Assembly (NCBI GenBank): GCA_044222065.1
Contig: JBGAOA010000007.1
Span: 21,889-85,888 of the forward strand
Reading direction: 5' to 3'
Length of the DNA: 64,000 nt
Source: Candidatus Eiseniibacteriota bacterium
GTDB lineage: Bacteria; Eisenbacteria; RBG-16-71-46
Shown in pieces: positions 58,431 to 64,000 of this stretch. The notes under the pieces are model-generated. The model was not told the origin of the DNA. It did no database searches and saw only the letters and a list, made by a program, of their open reading frames with translations. The position numbers were made by a program, and so were the translations under genes. Within the stretch, counting starts at the first letter, position 1. Each line of letters opens with the position of its first letter.

Positions 58431-59039
58431 ATGACCGACGAGAAGCCCCGCAATCCGTTCCGCTCGCTCGAGCCGCTGCCCGCGCCGCCGATCACGGACC
58501 GGCAGCTCCCGATCGCGGCCGACGAGGCCCTGTTCGAGGAAGTCGAGCGCGGCGTGCTGTTCACGACCGTGGACGCCATGGTGAACTGGGGCCGCGCGAA
58601 CTCGATCTGGCCGCTCGGCTTCGGCCTCGCGTGCTGCGCGATCGAGATGATGGCGATCCTGGGCCCGCGCTTCGACGTCTCGCGCTTCGGCGCCGAGGTC
58701 ATGCGCGCCTCGCCGCGGCAGGCCGACCTGATGATCGTGGCGGGCCGCGTGAGCATCAAGATGGCGCCGGTGCTGCGCCAGCTCTACGACCAGATGCCGA
58801 ATCCGAAGTGGGTCATCTCGATGGGCGCGTGCGCCTCGTGCGGCGGCGTGTTCAACAACTACGCGATCCTGCAGGGCGTGGACAAGATCGTGCCGGTCGA
58901 CGTGTACGTGCCCGGCTGCCCGCCGCGTCCCGAGGGCCTGCTGCACGGCATCATGAAGCTGCAGGAGAAGATCCTCGCGTCGCAGGTCGAGATCGGCCCG
59001 GTGCCGATGAAGCCCAGGCGCAAGAAGGCGAGCGCATGA
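58431..59039 (+). CDS. nuoB: NADH-quinone oxidoreductase subunit B
   Basis: [29 protein letters not shown]. Confidence 0.97.
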   Translation: MTDEKPRNPFRSLEPLPAPPITDRQLPIAADEALFEEVERGVLFTTVDAMVNWGRANSIWPLGFGLACCAIEMMAILGPRFDVSRFGAEVMRASPRQADLMIVAGRVSIKMAPVLRQLYDQMPNPKWVISMGACASCGGVFNNYAILQGVDKIVPVDVYVPGCPPRPEGLLHGIMKLQEKILASQVEIGPVPMKPRRKKASA

Positions 59040-59602
59040 GCGATCTGACGCGCGAACGCCTCGAGGATCGCCTCCGGGAGCGCTTCCCGGGAGTCGCGAT
59101 CGAGCGCCAGGACGGCGATGCGGTGCGCGATCACACGCTGTACGTCCCGGCCGACCAACTCGTCGCGATCTGCACGTTCCTGCGCGACGACCCCGAGCTC
59201 GATTTCGCGATGCTCACGTGGGTGAGCGGCCTCGACTGGCTGCCGCGCGAACCGCGCTTCGAGGTCGCCTACAACCTGCTGTCGCTCACGCGCCACGCGC
59301 GCGTGACGCTCAAGGTGCGGCTCGCCTCCGAGAACCCGAAGGTGCCGACCGTGTGCGGCGTGTGGCCGACCGCGAACTGGCACGAGCGCGAGACGTACGA
59401 CTTCTACGGCATCGAGTTCACGGGGCACCCGGACCTCACGCGCATCCTGCTGCCCGAGGACTGGGTCGGCTGGCCGCTCCGCAAGGACACGCCGCTCGGC
59501 TACGAGGAAGTCGCGTTCACGCACAACTCGCCGAACCGCACCGTGCCGGCGCCCGCGCTCAAGAAGCTCGCGCCGAAGAAGGTGAAATACCGTGCGCACT
59601 GA
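59036..59602 (+). CDS. nuoC: NADH-quinone oxidoreductase subunit C
   Basis: [27 protein letters not shown]. Confidence 0.96.
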   Translation: MSDLTRERLEDRLRERFPGVAIERQDGDAVRDHTLYVPADQLVAICTFLRDDPELDFAMLTWVSGLDWLPREPRFEVAYNLLSLTRHARVTLKVRLASENPKVPTVCGVWPTANWHERETYDFYGIEFTGHPDLTRILLPEDWVGWPLRKDTPLGYEEVAFTHNSPNRTVPAPALKKLAPKKVKYRAH

Positions 59603-60773
59603 GACCATGACGCTGAACATGGGGCCGCAGCACCCGTCCACGCACGGGGTGCTGCGCGTCGCGCTCGAGCTCGACGGCGAGACGGTCGTGAAAGCGAAGC
59701 CGATCGTCGGCTACCTGCACACCGGCATGGAGAAGCAGGCCGAGTACAAGACCTACACGCAGTCCATCCCGCAGACCGACCGGATGGACTACCTCGCGCC
59801 AATGAGCAACAACCTCGCGCTGTGCCTCGCCGCCGAGCGGCTGCTCGGCATCGAGGCGCCGGCGCGCGCGCAGGCGATCCGCGTGCTCATGACGGAGCTG
59901 ACGCGCATCAGCGCGCACTGCGTGTGGCTCGGCACGCACGCGCTCGACATCGGCGCGATGACGATCTTCTTCTGGGCGTTCCGCGAGCGCGAGAAGGTGC
60001 TGTCGCTCTACGACCACGTCGCGGGCGCGCGCCTCACGTCGTCCTACTTCCGCGTCGGCGGCCTCGCGATGGACCTGCCGGCCGGCTTCCTCGACCGCTG
60101 CCAGAAGTTCGTGGACGAGATGCCCGCGCACGTGGACGAGTACGAGGCGATGCTCACGGAGAACCCGATCTGGCTCGCGCGCACGGTCGGCGTCGCGCCG
60201 CTCACGAAGGCGCAGGCGCTCGCGCTCGGGGCCACGGGCCCGACGCTGCGCGGCTCGGGCGTGAAATGGGATTTGCGCAAGGACGAACCGTACTGCGGTT
60301 ACGAGACCTACGACTTCGAGGTCCCGGTCGGTTCGAACGGTGACGCCTACGACCGCTACACGGTCCGCGTCCGCGAGATCCGCGAGGCGACGAAGATCGC
60401 CGGACAGGCGATCGCGCGTCTGCGCGAGATGGGCGAGAAGGGCGAGTACCGGCTGCGCGACTACAAGTACGTGCTTCCTCCGAAGGAGGACGTGAAGCGT
60501 TCGATGGAGGCCTTGATCCACCACTTCAAGATCGTGGCGCACGGGTTCTTCCCGCCCGTGGGCGAGGCGTACGCCGCGGTCGAGGCGCCGAAGGGCGAGC
60601 TCGGATTCTATTTCGTGTCCGACGGCTCGCCGCGCCCGTGGCGGATGAAGATCCGCAGCCCATCGTTCATCAACCTGCAGACGCTGCCGACGATGGTCGA
60701 GGGCCGGCTCGTCGCCGACGTCATCACCGCGATCGGCAGTCTCGACATCGTGCTCGGGGAGATCGACCGATGA
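59592..60773 (+). CDS. nuoD: NADH-quinone oxidoreductase subunit D
   Basis: GPQHPSTHGVLR, GYLH, DRMDY, EAPKGELG, GEIDR. Confidence 0.97.
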   Translation: MRTETMTLNMGPQHPSTHGVLRVALELDGETVVKAKPIVGYLHTGMEKQAEYKTYTQSIPQTDRMDYLAPMSNNLALCLAAERLLGIEAPARAQAIRVLMTELTRISAHCVWLGTHALDIGAMTIFFWAFREREKVLSLYDHVAGARLTSSYFRVGGLAMDLPAGFLDRCQKFVDEMPAHVDEYEAMLTENPIWLARTVGVAPLTKAQALALGATGPTLRGSGVKWDLRKDEPYCGYETYDFEVPVGSNGDAYDRYTVRVREIREATKIAGQAIARLREMGEKGEYRLRDYKYVLPPKEDVKRSMEALIHHFKIVAHGFFPPVGEAYAAVEAPKGELGFYFVSDGSPRPWRMKIRSPSFINLQTLPTMVEGRLVADVITAIGSLDIVLGEIDR

Positions 60774-61266
60774 CGCACCTGCCGGTCGTGGACGCCGACG
60801 TCGCCGCGTTCCCGGAACGCGCTCAGGGCGAAGTCGCCGACGCCCTGTCGCGCTACCCGAACAAGCGCTCGGCGGTGCTGCCCGTGCTGTGGATCGCGCA
60901 GCGCGAATTCGGCTGGATCTCTCCGGCGGCGCTGCGCCTCGTCGCGCGCACCGTCGAACTGCCCGAGCCCGAGGTCTTCGGCGTCGCGACGTTCTACACG
61001 ATGTTCAACCTGAAGCCCGTCGGCCGCCATCACCTTCAGGTGTGCATGACGCTGTCGTGCTCGCTCATGGGCGCCGACCGGCTGTTCCGCCACCTCGAGA
61101 AGAAGCTCGGCATCGGGCACGGCGAGACGACGAAGGACGGACGCTTCACGCTGCGCCGCGTCGAGTGCCTGGCGGCGTGCGGCGGCGGGCCGTGCCTGCA
61201 GGTGAACCTCGACTACTACGAGAACCTCGACGAGGCGAAGGTGGACGCCCTGCTGGAGAAACTGAA

Positions 61267-61270
<4 letters not shown>
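60770..61270 (+). CDS. nuoE: NADH-quinone oxidoreductase subunit E
   Basis: ATFYTMF, CMTLSC, ECLAAC. Confidence 0.96.
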
Positions 61271-62579
<1,309 letters not shown>

Positions 62580-62583
<4 letters not shown>

Positions 62584-64000
62584 GCACGGTCAAGGTCACG
62601 ATCAACGGCCGCACGGTCGAAGTCCCCGCGGGGACGCTCGTCACCGACGCGGCGAAGCTCGCCGAGACGCACGTGCCGGTGTTCTGCTCGCACCAGAAGC
62701 TGCCGCCCCTGGGCGCATGCCGCATCTGCGTCGTCGAGATCGGCATGCCGAAGCTCGGCCCCGACCGGAAGCCGGTCCTCAAGCCCGACGGCTCGCCCGA
62801 GATCGCGTGGATGCCGAAGCCGCAGACCGCGTGCACGACCGTCGTCGCCGAGGGCATGGTCGTCGCGACCGAGTCGGCCGGCGCCGTCAAGGCGCGCAAG
62901 GGCGTCATGGAGTTCCTGCTCGTCAACCATCCGCTCGACTGCCCCGTCTGCGACGAGGGCGGCGAGTGCCAGCTCCAGGACCTCGCGTTCGCGTTCGGCC
63001 ACGACTTCTCGCGCATGGACGAGGCGAAGCGCACGTTCGTGTCCGAGGACCTGGGCCCCGTCGTCAAGAAGGAAGCGAACCGCTGCATCGTGTGCATGCG
63101 CTGCGTGCGCTACTGCCACGAGGTGATGGGCGAGGACGCGCTGACCGCGCACCAGCGCGGCGTGCGCACCGAGATCTCGTCGTTCGACCGCCAGCCGCTC
63201 GCGTGCGAGCAGTGCGGCAACTGCATCGAGGTCTGCCCGGTCGGCGCGCTCACGGCGCTGCCGTACCGCTTCAAGGCTCGTCCCTGGGACCTGCGCCAGC
63301 ACATCACGATCTGCCCGTGGTGCTCGAACGGCTGTTCGGTGCGCCTCGGGGTGCGCGGCATGGAGATCCTGCGCGCGCGCGGCACCGAGTCGCGCGGCGT
63401 CAATCAGGAGTTCCTGTGCGTGCGCGGCCGCTTCGGCTACGAGTACGTGAACTCGGGCGAGCGCCTGAGCACGGCGCTGCTGCGCCAGGGCGCGAACCTC
63501 GAGCCCGCCGGCATCGACGAGGCGGTGAGCTGGGTCGCGGCGCGGCTGCAGGCGATCGCCGCGCAGCACGGGCCCGGCGCGGTCGCGTTCTTGGGCGGCG
63601 AAAAGCTGAACGTCGAGGAGCAGTACCTGTTCCAGAAGCTCGCGCGCGGCGTGCTCGGCACGAACAACGTGGACGCGCGCACGCGCTACACCGCGCCCGT
63701 GGCGGGCGACGCGATCCTGCGCGCGACGGGCGGCGGCAGGCCCTCGATCTCGTTCGCCGAACTCGGCGCGTGCGACGCGGTGCTCGTCTTCGGCGAGGAC
63801 CTGCAGGGCGAATCTCCGCTCGCCCAGGCGGTGCTGCTCCGCGGCGTGAACCAGAAGGGCCTGCACCCGATCGTCGCGCACGCGCGGCGCGTGAAGCTCG
63901 CGCGGCCCAAGTTCCGCGGCACGCACCTCGCGATGAGGCCCGGCTCCGAAGTCGCGCTCGCGAACGCGCTCACGAGTGCCGCGCTGTCGCTCGGCGCGCC
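62580..64000 (+). CDS. nuoG: NADH-quinone oxidoreductase subunit G (runs off the window)
   Basis: My translation from GTG 62580: FCSHQ..GACRIC, HPLDCPVCDEGGECQLQD, CIVCMRCVRYC, CEQCGNCIEVCPVG, N7-type CPWCSNGC..C. Confidence 0.96.

Overview
A very GC-rich bacterial chromosomal window with about 57 genes. I saw no rRNA, tRNA, CRISPR array, integrase or transposase. In order it holds: hypF and hypB, a secreted aspartyl-protease/PDZ protein, a GNAT, a zinc peptidase, fabH, and a 12 kb type IVa pilus cluster on the minus strand (pilT-like, pilB, pilC, major pilin, three minor pilins, pilMNO, a PilP-position gene, secretin, pilD). Facing away from it is a FN3 / FN3+FlgD-Ig / PorV-like barrel-LysM operon. 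Then come a rearranged 2-oxoacid dehydrogenase operon coupled to crcB-DUF190, mntR-mntH with a clear operator, several secreted proteins with C-terminal FlgD-Ig (T9SS-like) domains or a TWGxVKxLYR tail, a glycan-modification trio, a fatty acyl-CoA ligase, an MFS, a truncated XRE-cupin regulator, a heterodimeric ABC exporter, a candidate 6S-like RNA, mobA, lysA, etfBA and nuoA-G. The C-terminal motifs suggest a Ca. Eisenbacteria-like diderm lineage (inference only). The best leads are: (1) a possible T9SS-like C-terminal sorting system with a PorV-like barrel fused to LysM; (2) the TWG tail; (3) a PilT lacking both His-box histidines; (4) the 6S-like RNA; (5) sigma28-like, sigma54-like and leaderless promoters. 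Three broken loci may be assembly errors. All calls come from reading motifs by eye; no database searches were run.
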